Source of the DNA: an archaeon
GTDB lineage: Archaea; Nanobdellota; Nanobdellia; Pacearchaeales; GW2011-AR1
Direction of reading: 5' to 3'
Length of the DNA: 64,000 nucleotides
NCBI GenBank assembly: GCA_018697295.1
Contig: JABHTJ010000004.1
Coordinates: 1,159-65,158 of the forward strand
Part shown: piece after piece, positions 18,763 through 27,415 of the stretch
Layout: every line of letters starts with the position of its first letter
Position numbering within the stretch: position 1 is the first letter of the stretch
Program-made: the position numbers and the translations under genes
Notes under the pieces: generated by a model
What the model was told of the DNA's origin: nothing
Databases searched by the model: none
What the model saw: the letters and a program-made list of their open reading frames with translations, nothing else

Positions 18763-19287
18763 TTATAGTGAGCACATATCTTCTGGTTCGAAATATTCTC
18801 GTGGATGATCGCATGTTGGACATTTTTCTGGAGGCATTACTCCTTCGTGAATGTGTCCGCATTTCATACATTTCCATCTAATTGGTTTTTCTCGTTTGAA
18901 AACTGTTCCGTCTTCAACCATTTTGAGAAGTTTTTTGAAACGTTCTTCGTGATGCTTTTCTACTTTTCCAATATCTGCGAATAATTTTGCAGCTTCTTTA
19001 TTTCCTTCTGCTTCGGCCTCTTTTGAGAAAACTGGATACATATCTTCGGTTTCATAATGTTCTCCTTTGATTGCTTCCTTTAGATTTTTTGCAGTATCTC
19101 CAATCCCATTTAGTAATTTAAATTCTTCTTTTGCGTGTTGCATTTCGTTGATTGCTGTTTCTTCGAAAACTTTTGCTATGTAGAGATATCCTTCCTTTTT
19201 TGCGACTTTCGCAAAATAATCATATTTGTTTCGCGCTTGTGATTCTCCAGAGAATGCAGTTTTGAGATTATCATCTGTTTTTTTCAT
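18763..19287 (-). CDS. rbr: Rubrerythrin
   Basis: Ferritin-like diiron bundle (GESQARNKY, INEMQHAKEE, VEKHHEERF) plus C-terminal rubredoxin-like WKCMKCGH...EKCPTCDHP. Confidence 0.92.
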   Translation of the reverse strand: MKKTDDNLKTAFSGESQARNKYDYFAKVAKKEGYLYIAKVFEETAINEMQHAKEEFKLLNGIGDTAKNLKEAIKGEHYETEDMYPVFSKEAEAEGNKEAAKLFADIGKVEKHHEERFKKLLKMVEDGTVFKREKPIRWKCMKCGHIHEGVMPPEKCPTCDHPREYFEPEDMCSL

Positions 19288-19408
19288 GTTATATTTTGGT
19301 TAATTGAGTTTATAAAATTTTTGAAATAAAGTTTGTTTGTTTTATTAATTTTTTTAAAGAGACCTAATTTAAAGGAAAATTTATATAGATTCTCTTTGTA
19401 ATATTTTT

Positions 19409-20659
19409 ATGGAGGAATATGGAAAAATTCCATTAAAAGATGTGGAGAATAAAATTAGTAGAAAAGTTTTATTTTCTATTACTGCCAGTTTTGTATTTCT
19501 TATAGCGATTTTTTCAATCACAATATTTACTGATATTTCTTTTTTTGGGGAAGATTCTTTTTCTGGCAATGATTCTAATAACGATTCGGTTGTCGAAGAG
19601 CCCCTTATTGAAGAGGGGGATGACGAACCTCTTGCTGACTTAGAAGAGATTTGTGGCAATTTGCTTGATGATGGTTCTGACGGAGATGTGGATTGTGAAG
19701 ATTTTGATTGTTCGTTTTATTTTGATTGTATTGATCCTCCAATTGAAGATGAAGATAACTACAAAGATATGTCAGGTATTCAAGTTTGGATAACTCCTCA
19801 CGGCGCTACCGAAGCTGATTTTTCTCCATCTGCGAGTTGGGACGAAACTAAAGATAAGGTTCATGTGTTTAAATTTTATATTGGGAAGCTTGGAAGTATT
19901 CCTCGAACTGAAACTGTTTTTCCACTTATGAATTCTGTTTTGGATGAAGAAGGGATTTATGTCGGTGTTGAATCTGGAGGACTAAGAGAGGCAAGAGATT
20001 GTAATGGATTTGAACAAGCAAATTTTGAATTTGATAAAATGAGTCCGTGGCTTGATGCAGGTGGCAGAATAGATTTTATTGCGATGGATTCTCCTTATGC
20101 TCATTCAGTTGATACAAAATATTCTTGTAATTATACTATTGAAAATGCTTCTAGAGAAGTTGTTAAATATATTTCTCAAATGAGGATTTTATTTCCTGGA
20201 GTAAAAATTGGCCTTATAGAGCCTGTCCCATGGTATACTTTTGAAGATTATACCGTTAATCCTCCCTATACAAAAGATCTTGGAGATCTTGAATTTTTGA
20301 TAGAAGATTTAATTAGTGTTCTTGATGCTGAAGGAGAAACAATTGATTTTATTCATCTCGATTCCCCCTATAATTTTAATGAGGCAAATCAATTAGGATG
20401 GGAAAAGTTAGTAGCAATCCAAGATTATGTGAAGGAAAAAGGAATAAGGTTCGGTCTTATTTTTAATTCTCAAGAAGGTGGCGACGAATCGAATCAAAAA
20501 TTCTATGAAGATACTCTTGATGGGAAGGAAAAGTTTTATTCTCTTGGGGGAAATCCAGACGATATAATTATTCAAAGTTGGTATTCTTATCCTGACGTGT
20601 TTGAGCCAGAAGAGGAAGATTATACTTTTACAAATCTTGTGAATACTTTTATTGATTGA
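19409..20659 (+). CDS. Membrane-anchored extracellular protein, function unknown
   Basis: N-terminal TM VLFSITASFVFLIAIFSITIF, acidic linker, Cys/Asp-rich ICGNLLDDGSDGDVDCEDFDCSFYFDC, about 300-aa C-terminal domain unrecognised. Confidence 0.65.
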   Translation: MEEYGKIPLKDVENKISRKVLFSITASFVFLIAIFSITIFTDISFFGEDSFSGNDSNNDSVVEEPLIEEGDDEPLADLEEICGNLLDDGSDGDVDCEDFDCSFYFDCIDPPIEDEDNYKDMSGIQVWITPHGATEADFSPSASWDETKDKVHVFKFYIGKLGSIPRTETVFPLMNSVLDEEGIYVGVESGGLREARDCNGFEQANFEFDKMSPWLDAGGRIDFIAMDSPYAHSVDTKYSCNYTIENASREVVKYISQMRILFPGVKIGLIEPVPWYTFEDYTVNPPYTKDLGDLEFLIEDLISVLDAEGETIDFIHLDSPYNFNEANQLGWEKLVAIQDYVKEKGIRFGLIFNSQEGGDESNQKFYEDTLDGKEKFYSLGGNPDDIIIQSWYSYPDVFEPEEEDYTFTNLVNTFID

Positions 20660-20714
20660 TTTTTTGAATATTTGTTAAAGAAACATTTTTATAGTAAATT
20701 GTTTTGTTATTTGT

Positions 20715-23378
20715 ATGAAAAAGCAGGGCTGGAAAAAAGAAAAAAATATTTATTTATTAGTTTCTATTATTTTTGTGATTGTTGTTCTCGTTTTAATTTT
20801 TGCTGGAACTTTTTTAAGTGAGGATTTTTTAAAATCTCCTTCGTTTACTGCAAATCGGGTTGGAAGCTTAGGAAATGTTGGGAGAGTTCCGCTTTGTGAT
20901 TTGTCTTGTGGGGATGGATGTCTAAAACCTCATGAAGAATGTGATGATGGAAATTCTCAGAATGGCGATGGTTGTTCTTCTACTTGTGAAATTGAACAAG
21001 ATTTTGGGTGTTACGGAAACCCTAGTGTTTGTGTTCCTTTGAGTGAATGCTTAAATGATGTGCAGGATGCTCATGAAACTGATGTTGATTGTGGAGGAGA
21101 AATTTGTGGGGCATGCAGGTATGACAGACAATGTGATTTGGATACTGATTGTATATCAAACTTTTGCGATAATGGTGTTTGTGCCTATCCTTCGACAACA
21201 GTTGAACTCCCATGTAAACAAATCCAATATGCTAGTGGATATATCGAAGATCATGTAAATGTTGTTTTTATTGGAGATGACTACGATCACGCAACAGAAT
21301 ATCAAACTAATGATAATGATTTTGGCTATACTAAATTTCTTGATGAAGTTGATCATATTTCTTCATATTTTTTGAACGTTGAACCATTCACTAATGCAGA
21401 AAATATTAATCTGTTTTATGTTGACGATATAAATACTGATTTGGAGTGTATACACGTGAGCATTTCAGGGAATAGTGATTGCTCTTCACCTCATTCAGGA
21501 TCCTGGAGTTCCAATGACTGTCGAGTAATAAGTTGTTCAAGTACTAAATCTTTTAATCTTGCGTCTGCTTGTCCAAATCTTGGAACAAATACTCCAAATG
21601 AAGAAGTTATAGTTTTGTTTAACAGTGATTATCATGGTGGGACGGGGGGCTCTTTTTCCAAAGTTACTCATTATCCTGCTTCTGTTGGTATTGCAACTCA
21701 TGAGTTTGGACATAGTTTTGGAGGACTCGCAGATGAATATACTTATGGCGGTGGTGCAGTAGTAGAACCTGGAGCATATAATTGTAATCTCGATCCTTTA
21801 TGCCCTAAATGGTCTGACCTTATAGGAAATCCGAATATTCCAGATAATATCGGGTGTTTTAATTATTATACTAACTTTAATGGAGGCACTGGATGCAAGT
21901 ATAATAATGAGATTCATCGAGGGACTGGAGAACAAATAGATCAGAATACCTATTCTTTATCCTCGCTTATGCAAACTTCCGGAAATAGTTTTAGAAATAT
22001 TAATCAAAGAATTATTAGTTGCAGATTAGCTGCCGATACAACAAAGTTTCCAACCTATTCGAATTTATTTCGTGATGCTTCGATGATGGATTTGGATGTG
22101 TTTTGCTCGCTTATTCCTTTTGGGACTGAGCCTCCTGGACAAACACCTCCGGGAACTGAAGAAGGATATAAATTTTTACAAGGGGCTACCAAATTTACTT
22201 TTGAGAGGAATGCTCTGGGAGAAATTGAACTTAGAGATTATGAAAGAAAGCATTCTGCAATTTATCCCGACCCTTCATTTAAACAATCTGGAGATTTGGA
22301 ATTTAAGTTTGATTTTAATGGACAAAAAGTTTCCGTTTTCAAGGATGATTTTGTATGGGCTCATGCACCTTTTAGTAAGGAAACTCCTTCTCCAATTCAA
22401 TTTAAGGATGATGTATCACGTTGGGAAATAATCGTTTCTGGAAATCCTATAAATTTGAACAAGATTAGTTATGTGGAGGGAAGTGCTACCAAAATTATTG
22501 ATATTTCGGCAGTTCCTCAAATTTTAATGAGTTCTTCTGGAAATTGTGCAAATTGTCAGACAAAATGTGGCGATGGAGAAATCCAGGTACCTAATGAGGC
22601 AGGGCTTGATGAAGACTGTGAAGGAAATGATTTGAATGGACAAACATGCCAGAGTTTAGGATTTCCGAGCGGGACGTTGGCTTGTTCTGGATGTCAATTT
22701 GATACGAGTGGATGTCAGGCTTTAACTTGTGCTCCCCATACAGATAATGGTGATGGGACTTGTACTGCAGAATTTTTAGTTTCAGAAGACGGACATGTGA
22801 GAAATATTGGTTACCCTTCATGGAATTATATCCATGACGCAACTCAAGGAATAGATGTTGATGAAAGTAATTCAAAAATTTATCTCGAGACCTGGTCGAT
22901 TAATGATGCCTATGCTAGGGTTCAGCGAGGATTTATGCAATTCCCTTACGACCTTCCGCCTGCCGCAAATTTTATTTCTGCAGAGCTTGAAGCACGAGTC
23001 CATACCAAGAGTTCAGTTACGTTTCAAGACTCTGAATTATACGTTCTTGTAGGCACTCAAGATCACCCACTAACTAATGAATCCTATTTTGGCACTTGTG
23101 GTTCGACAACTCAGGCAGTTAGCTCCCCAGATATTCTCGGTATATTTCCCTTTTCCGGAATTACTATCGGAATTACCCCAAATATATTTACTTTAGATAC
23201 TGCACTGCTAGATTCTGCAATTACTCCAAGTGGAGATGCATTAAAAATTTGCTTTAGGACTGACGCAGATGCACTCGATAATTCATTGCTGACAGAGTAC
23301 CCTAATCCAGACATTAGAATATATACCAAAGATTATTATAATGGTGCAATACTGCGAATTATATATGATTTTATTTAA
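20715..23378 (+). CDS. Secreted multidomain protein with M64-like zinc metalloprotease core and Cys-rich repeats
   Basis: HEFGHSFGGLADEY (HExxH...DEY signature of peptidase M64-like enzymes). N-terminal CGDGCLKPHEECDDGNSQNGDGCSSTCEIE and later KCGDGEIQVP...CEGNDLNGQTC resemble the myxococcal Cys-rich repeat. N-terminal TM/signal. Confidence 0.75.
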   Translation: MKKQGWKKEKNIYLLVSIIFVIVVLVLIFAGTFLSEDFLKSPSFTANRVGSLGNVGRVPLCDLSCGDGCLKPHEECDDGNSQNGDGCSSTCEIEQDFGCYGNPSVCVPLSECLNDVQDAHETDVDCGGEICGACRYDRQCDLDTDCISNFCDNGVCAYPSTTVELPCKQIQYASGYIEDHVNVVFIGDDYDHATEYQTNDNDFGYTKFLDEVDHISSYFLNVEPFTNAENINLFYVDDINTDLECIHVSISGNSDCSSPHSGSWSSNDCRVISCSSTKSFNLASACPNLGTNTPNEEVIVLFNSDYHGGTGGSFSKVTHYPASVGIATHEFGHSFGGLADEYTYGGGAVVEPGAYNCNLDPLCPKWSDLIGNPNIPDNIGCFNYYTNFNGGTGCKYNNEIHRGTGEQIDQNTYSLSSLMQTSGNSFRNINQRIISCRLAADTTKFPTYSNLFRDASMMDLDVFCSLIPFGTEPPGQTPPGTEEGYKFLQGATKFTFERNALGEIELRDYERKHSAIYPDPSFKQSGDLEFKFDFNGQKVSVFKDDFVWAHAPFSKETPSPIQFKDDVSRWEIIVSGNPINLNKISYVEGSATKIIDISAVPQILMSSSGNCANCQTKCGDGEIQVPNEAGLDEDCEGNDLNGQTCQSLGFPSGTLACSGCQFDTSGCQALTCAPHTDNGDGTCTAEFLVSEDGHVRNIGYPSWNYIHDATQGIDVDESNSKIYLETWSINDAYARVQRGFMQFPYDLPPAANFISAELEARVHTKSSVTFQDSELYVLVGTQDHPLTNESYFGTCGSTTQAVSSPDILGIFPFSGITIGITPNIFTLDTALLDSAITPSGDALKICFRTDADALDNSLLTEYPNPDIRIYTKDYYNGAILRIIYDFI

Positions 23379-24076
23379 TTTTTCTTAGCGGTATTCCACA
23401 TAGCTTGAAAATATTTTTTGTAGCCGTCGGTGATTTCTTTTGACTTAATAACTATTGCTTGAGGATTTTTTGACCAGTGAATAATTGCTGTTGTATCGCC
23501 ATAGATATTAATGGCTACTGGATTTTCATACTTTTTTGGAAGAAATTTTATTTCTACATTTTTCATTCTTGATAAGTTTTTGGATGTAGTGATTACCTTA
23601 GTTGTTATTTTCTTCTTGATTCTTTTCTTGTTATACCAGTTGAAGTAAAATTTTAGGATGTCTGAAGCATTTTCGTTTGCACCAAGAATTAAAATTTCTT
23701 TTTCATCTAGTTGAGACTCAAATACTGTTTTCAATCCATCAATTCCTTTGAAGAATAATGTTTCATCTTTGTTTTTTGTCTTCTCATATTTTTTTTCTAA
23801 ATCTTCGACAATTGTTTTGAGATTATCTTCTTTTTCTTTTATTAATTCTAATAATCTTTTTGGATTTGTAGCTGAGAATAATCTTCTGTTATTTTTTATG
23901 ATGTAGCCTATGAGTCCTTTTCCGATTAGCATTTCTGTTGTATCGTAGACTGAGCGTCGGTGCATGCTTGCTTTTCTTGCGATTTGACCTGCAAGACTAG
24001 GGCCTAAGTCGAAAAGCGTTAGATATACTTTAGATTCATTGTTTGTTAGTCCTGCGCTTTTTAGTTTTTCTTCCAT
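23375..24076 (-). CDS. TrmB-family transcriptional regulator
   Basis: N-terminal winged helix GLTNNESKVYLTLFDLGPSLAGQIARKASMHRRSVYDTTEMLIGKGLIGY plus a C-terminal effector-like domain. Confidence 0.8.
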   Translation of the reverse strand: MEEKLKSAGLTNNESKVYLTLFDLGPSLAGQIARKASMHRRSVYDTTEMLIGKGLIGYIIKNNRRLFSATNPKRLLELIKEKEDNLKTIVEDLEKKYEKTKNKDETLFFKGIDGLKTVFESQLDEKEILILGANENASDILKFYFNWYNKKRIKKKITTKVITTSKNLSRMKNVEIKFLPKKYENPVAINIYGDTTAIIHWSKNPQAIVIKSKEITDGYKKYFQAMWNTAKKN

Positions 24077-24162
24077 GTTAAGGTGTGGTGAAGTTTATCC
24101 CCGCATTATATTATTTGTTGATTTTAGTATATAAAATTAACTAAATATGGAGAAACATAAAA

Positions 24163-24636
24163 ATGACAAATATAGAAAGACAAATTTTGCAAATTATTGC
24201 AACTGATAGAATTGATAAACCGATTTCTTCGATGTCTGGAAAATTAAAACGAGCAAAACCAAAACTCGCACAGGCAGTTGAACTTAGTGGCGGTTCTTTT
24301 GAAGGATCTCGTGCTTATGCACGTGTTGAAGAAAGTGACGTTATGAAAGCTCGAGGTATGAGAAATGGGATTGATGCGTTTTCTAGTGAACATCCTCGAT
24401 ATGGGGCTATTTTGAATGGTTATATCGAAGAAGAAAGAGCTAGAACTGAGACACATTTGTATTTTGGAATGCAGGAAGGTTCTCGACTTACCTCAAACGA
24501 TTATATGGGTGTTATGACAAACCTTGGTCTTAGCGAAGGTGTTGCGGAAGGACTTTATCCAGAACTTATGAATATCAGCTATAAGCTTGCTCGAAAGAGA
24601 GACGAAGGTGAACGAAGTATTTTGATAGGAAATTAA
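24163..24636 (+). CDS. Hypothetical protein
   Basis: 157-aa ORF with no recognised domain and no signal peptide. Confidence 0.5.
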   Translation: MTNIERQILQIIATDRIDKPISSMSGKLKRAKPKLAQAVELSGGSFEGSRAYARVEESDVMKARGMRNGIDAFSSEHPRYGAILNGYIEEERARTETHLYFGMQEGSRLTSNDYMGVMTNLGLSEGVAEGLYPELMNISYKLARKRDEGERSILIGN

Positions 24637-24706
24637 GTTCTTGAGAAATAGTATTTTTTTTATTTTGATTAATTTTATAAAGTTTGAATAATGCGCTAAA
24701 TTACCT

Positions 24707-24778
24707 GCGTGGGTAGTTTAGTGGTTAGAATCTGTCGTTGCCAACGATGGGACCGGGGTTCGAGTCCCCGCCCGCGCA
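24707..24778 (+). tRNA. tRNA-Gly (anticodon GCC)
   Basis: Hand-folded cloverleaf. Acceptor GCGUGGG/CCCGCGC with discriminator A; D-loop AGUGGUUA; anticodon stem UGUCG/CGAUG with loop UUGCCAA; T-arm CGGGG-UUCGAGU-CCCCG. No encoded CCA. GC-rich island in AT-rich DNA. Confidence 0.9.
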
Positions 24779-24786
24779 TGTTATGA

Positions 24787-24806
24787 TCCAGTCGCATCGA
24801 GGGGAC
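24787..24806. repeat. Left arm of imperfect inverted repeat flanking the tRNA-Gly-linked segment
   Basis: tccagtcgcatcgaggggac is complementary at 15/20 positions to 26290-26309. The outer 8 nt and inner 6 nt match perfectly. Confidence 0.5.
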
Positions 24807-24974
24807 AAAAAATGCCTTATTTCTTAGTCTGTCACAAGCTAGTGGTCGGAAGATCTTATATAGTTCATTAGAGCAGACACACAGACATGACAAAAATAGA
24901 CCATTACAAAAATAAAGAATCAGGGATTCAATGGAAAAATAACTAAGCATAATTTGTTTGTTTTTCTAGAAATA

Positions 24975-24982
24975 TTTATATA
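24975..24982 (+). promoter_or_regulatory. TATA box (tttatata), centre about 25 nt upstream of ATG 25004
   Basis: Same motif and spacing recur at many genes in the window. Confidence 0.55.
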
Positions 24983-25003
24983 CTTTTGATCAATAAAATA
25001 ATT

Positions 25004-25582
25004 ATGAGTCAAACTAAAAGAGTGATATTATTTGCTGTGGTAGTAATAATTTTGGGAAATATTTATTTTAATGGGAATGTTAATGGGGCAAACTTAAGTC
25101 CAGGAACAGGATTTGAATGCGGCGGAGATTCATTAGATATTGAATTGAATGGGAAGAATGATGCACTAAGTTTAAGTCCTGAATCAGCATTATCTTGTGG
25201 GGGAGATCCAACAGATATTGATGTACCTGCACCGGATTGGGACGATCCAGTCCAAGGTGAAGGGAGTGGAGGTGATCCCACTGAAGAAGGAGCTATACTA
25301 AAAGCCAAAGAAGACTGTAAAGAAGATATAAAAAAAAATGCAGTGTTAGGGACATTTACTTGTAGTACATGCCCTCCCGGAAAAAGTGGTTGTAACCAAG
25401 AAATATTTGATATGTCAGACACGTTTCTTGAATGGAGTGAACTTCATTGTGAGACTAACGAGGGAGAAACTAGTCATGGAGTAAAGTTTTGGTATGCTTC
25501 ATGTGGCTGTGGCTCATCTGGCTTATCAGGATCAGCGGAAGTTGGTTGTACGAAATGTACTCCTAAACCTCAACGAAACTGA
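25004..25582 (+). CDS. Secreted/anchored Cys-rich protein, paralog 1
   Basis: Trimmed to ATG (MSQTKRVILFAVVVIILGNIYFNG...). Conserved C-terminal Cys-rich module shared with 25675-26166 (GGDPT..GA..KA..DC...KKAVLG.FTC.TCPPGKSGC.Q.I.DMSD). Confidence 0.7.
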   Translation: MSQTKRVILFAVVVIILGNIYFNGNVNGANLSPGTGFECGGDSLDIELNGKNDALSLSPESALSCGGDPTDIDVPAPDWDDPVQGEGSGGDPTEEGAILKAKEDCKEDIKKNAVLGTFTCSTCPPGKSGCNQEIFDMSDTFLEWSELHCETNEGETSHGVKFWYASCGCGSSGLSGSAEVGCTKCTPKPQRN

Positions 25583-25645
25583 AGGGATCAGCAAAAATTG
25601 AATGTTCAAAAAATTTTTTATTTATGCCCCTAATTTTGAGAAACT

Positions 25646-25653
25646 CTTATATA
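25646..25653 (+). promoter_or_regulatory. TATA box (cttatata), centre about 25 nt upstream of ATG 25675
   Basis: Same geometry as the paralog upstream. Confidence 0.5.
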
Positions 25654-25674
25654 CTAGAATTAATTAAAATAATT

Positions 25675-26166
25675 ATGGATCAAACAAAAAGGGAGATACT
25701 ATTTTTTGCAGTATTAATAATACTAGGAAATATTTATTTTAATGGAGATAGTGATGTAAACTTAAGCCCTGAAGGAGAACTATCATGCGGTGGAGCTTCC
25801 AAAGTTATTGATGTTTCTTCAGGTGGAGAGGCTGTCGAAGGTACGGGAACTGGAGGAGACCCCACCCAACTAGGAGCTGAAGCTAAAGCAGAAGCAGATT
25901 GTGTAGCTAATATTAATAAAAAAGCAGTATTAGGATCATTTACTTGTGGTACGTGTCCTCCCGGAAAAAGTGGTTGTAAACAAATAATCTATGATATGTC
26001 TGACGTTGAGCCTGAAGAGTATGAAACTTATTGCGAAGTTCATCCAGGAAAATCTAGCAGTGGGGAAGAAATTTGGTATGCTATATGTGACTGTACTTCA
26101 GGAACCATAGAGGGATCAGCAAATGTTAAATGTGGTAGTTGTTTACCCACACCTCAACCAAAGTAA
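25675..26166 (+). CDS. Secreted/anchored Cys-rich protein, paralog 2
   Basis: Trimmed to ATG (MDQTKREILFFAVLIILGNIYFNG...). Shares the N-terminal anchor and Cys-rich module with 25004-25582. Confidence 0.7.
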   Translation: MDQTKREILFFAVLIILGNIYFNGDSDVNLSPEGELSCGGASKVIDVSSGGEAVEGTGTGGDPTQLGAEAKAEADCVANINKKAVLGSFTCGTCPPGKSGCKQIIYDMSDVEPEEYETYCEVHPGKSSSGEEIWYAICDCTSGTIEGSANVKCGSCLPTPQPK

Positions 26167-26289
26167 ATAGGTCAGTAGAAAATGAATTTTCTAGAGATTA
26201 CCATTTTCTTAATAGAATAAAATTTGAAAGATCACAAATTTTTTTATTAATTTAAATTATTACAATGATTGCTAATAACTAACATTTTA

Positions 26290-26309
26290 GTCCCCCTAAC
26301 TCGACTGGA
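26290..26309. repeat. Right arm of imperfect inverted repeat
   Basis: gtccccctaactcgactgga; see 24787-24806. Confidence 0.5.
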
Positions 26310-26310
26310 A

Positions 26311-26332
26311 CCCACCATGGACGGCCCGCGCA
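26311..26332 (+). other. Relic of the 3' part of tRNA-Gly (T-arm missing), same orientation as the intact gene
   Basis: cccaccatggacggcccgcgca aligns with tRNA positions ccaacgatgggacc...gcccgcgca. The terminal 9 nt gcccgcgca are identical. Confidence 0.5.
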
Positions 26333-26395
26333 TTTATATTTTTTAATCACAACTTTTAAATATCTTTTAATATTCTAATTTCTAAGAGGTTGATT

Positions 26396-27415
26396 ATGAA
26401 AAAAAAGATTGGTTTTGTTGATTTGGATCTTGAAGAGAAAACTTATTTTAAAAAATATTTGAAAGGACATGAGCTTATTTTTGCTAAGGATTTGAAGAAA
26501 AGTAGTTTGAAGAAATTATCGGGTGTTGAAATTCTTGTTTGTTTTGTTGACGATGCTGTGGATAAAAATGTGATTGATTCTTTGCCTTCTTTGGAATTTA
26601 TTGCAACTCGTTCTACTGGTTATAATCATATTGATGTAAAATATGCTGGAAGTAAAAAGATTGGAGTCTCCAATGTGCCAGTTTATGGAGAGAATACTGT
26701 TGCTGAATATACTTTTGCGCTGATTTTGGCAGTTACTCGAAAAATTCATTTGGCGATTAAGCGAACTCACGACGAACATTCATTTAAGACGGATGATTTG
26801 CTTCAAGGATTTGATTTGGCTAAGAAAACGATTGGAGTTATCGGTTATGGTTCTATTGGGAAACATGTTGTTCGAATTGCGAAAGGTTTTGAGATGAATA
26901 TTTTGGTTTGTACTCGCCATCCAGATAAAAAAGCGGCAAAAAAAGTTGGATTTAGAAATGTAACTTTAGATAATTTGTTGAAACATTCAGATATTGTTAG
27001 CCTTCATATTCCGTATACTAAAACGAATCATCACTTGATGAATCTTAAAAAATTATCTCTTATGAAAAAAAGTGCGTATCTTATTAACACTGCTCGTGGT
27101 GCTATTGTTGATACGCATGCTTTGATGAAGGCACTTCGAAAAAAGAAGATTGCTGGTGCTGCTCTCGATGTTTTGGAAAAAGAATGTGATGTTAGTGAAG
27201 AATGTGCTCTTTTGAAACGAAAGAAAGTTTTGAGTTGTGATTATACGATTCTTCGAAAAAATTCTCGGTTGATGAAAATGGATAATGTCTTAGTTTCTCC
27301 ACATAACGCATTTAATTCAATCGAAGCTACAAATAGGATTCTTGATGTAACTGCAGATAATATCACTGGATTTGTTCGCGGGAAGAAACTGAATGTTGTT
27401 GTAGCTGAAAATTAA
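26396..27415 (+). CDS. D-isomer-specific 2-hydroxyacid dehydrogenase (D-lactate/glycerate dehydrogenase-like)
   Basis: NAD-binding GVIGYGSIGKHV. Catalytic-domain motifs INTARGAIVD, ALDVLEKE, SPHNAF. Confidence 0.85.
   Translation: MKKKIGFVDLDLEEKTYFKKYLKGHELIFAKDLKKSSLKKLSGVEILVCFVDDAVDKNVIDSLPSLEFIATRSTGYNHIDVKYAGSKKIGVSNVPVYGENTVAEYTFALILAVTRKIHLAIKRTHDEHSFKTDDLLQGFDLAKKTIGVIGYGSIGKHVVRIAKGFEMNILVCTRHPDKKAAKKVGFRNVTLDNLLKHSDIVSLHIPYTKTNHHLMNLKKLSLMKKSAYLINTARGAIVDTHALMKALRKKKIAGAALDVLEKECDVSEECALLKRKKVLSCDYTILRKNSRLMKMDNVLVSPHNAFNSIEATNRILDVTADNITGFVRGKKLNVVVAEN

Noticed and set aside
18669-18881. 70-aa plus-strand ORF
   Set aside because: It is antisense to the desulforedoxin gene and the rubrerythrin 3' end, both of which have clear family signatures.
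24696-24950. 84-aa minus-strand ORF
   Set aside because: It runs antisense through the tRNA-Gly gene and the GC-rich trailer, and has no coding features. The tRNA explains the region.
26290-26332. Half of a split tRNA, or a BHB-flanked tRNA fragment as in Nanoarchaeum or Caldivirga
   Set aside because: The neighbouring tRNA-Gly is complete on its own. The fragment has no T-arm and cannot complete a cloverleaf. I kept it as an att-like relic or possible RNA structure instead.
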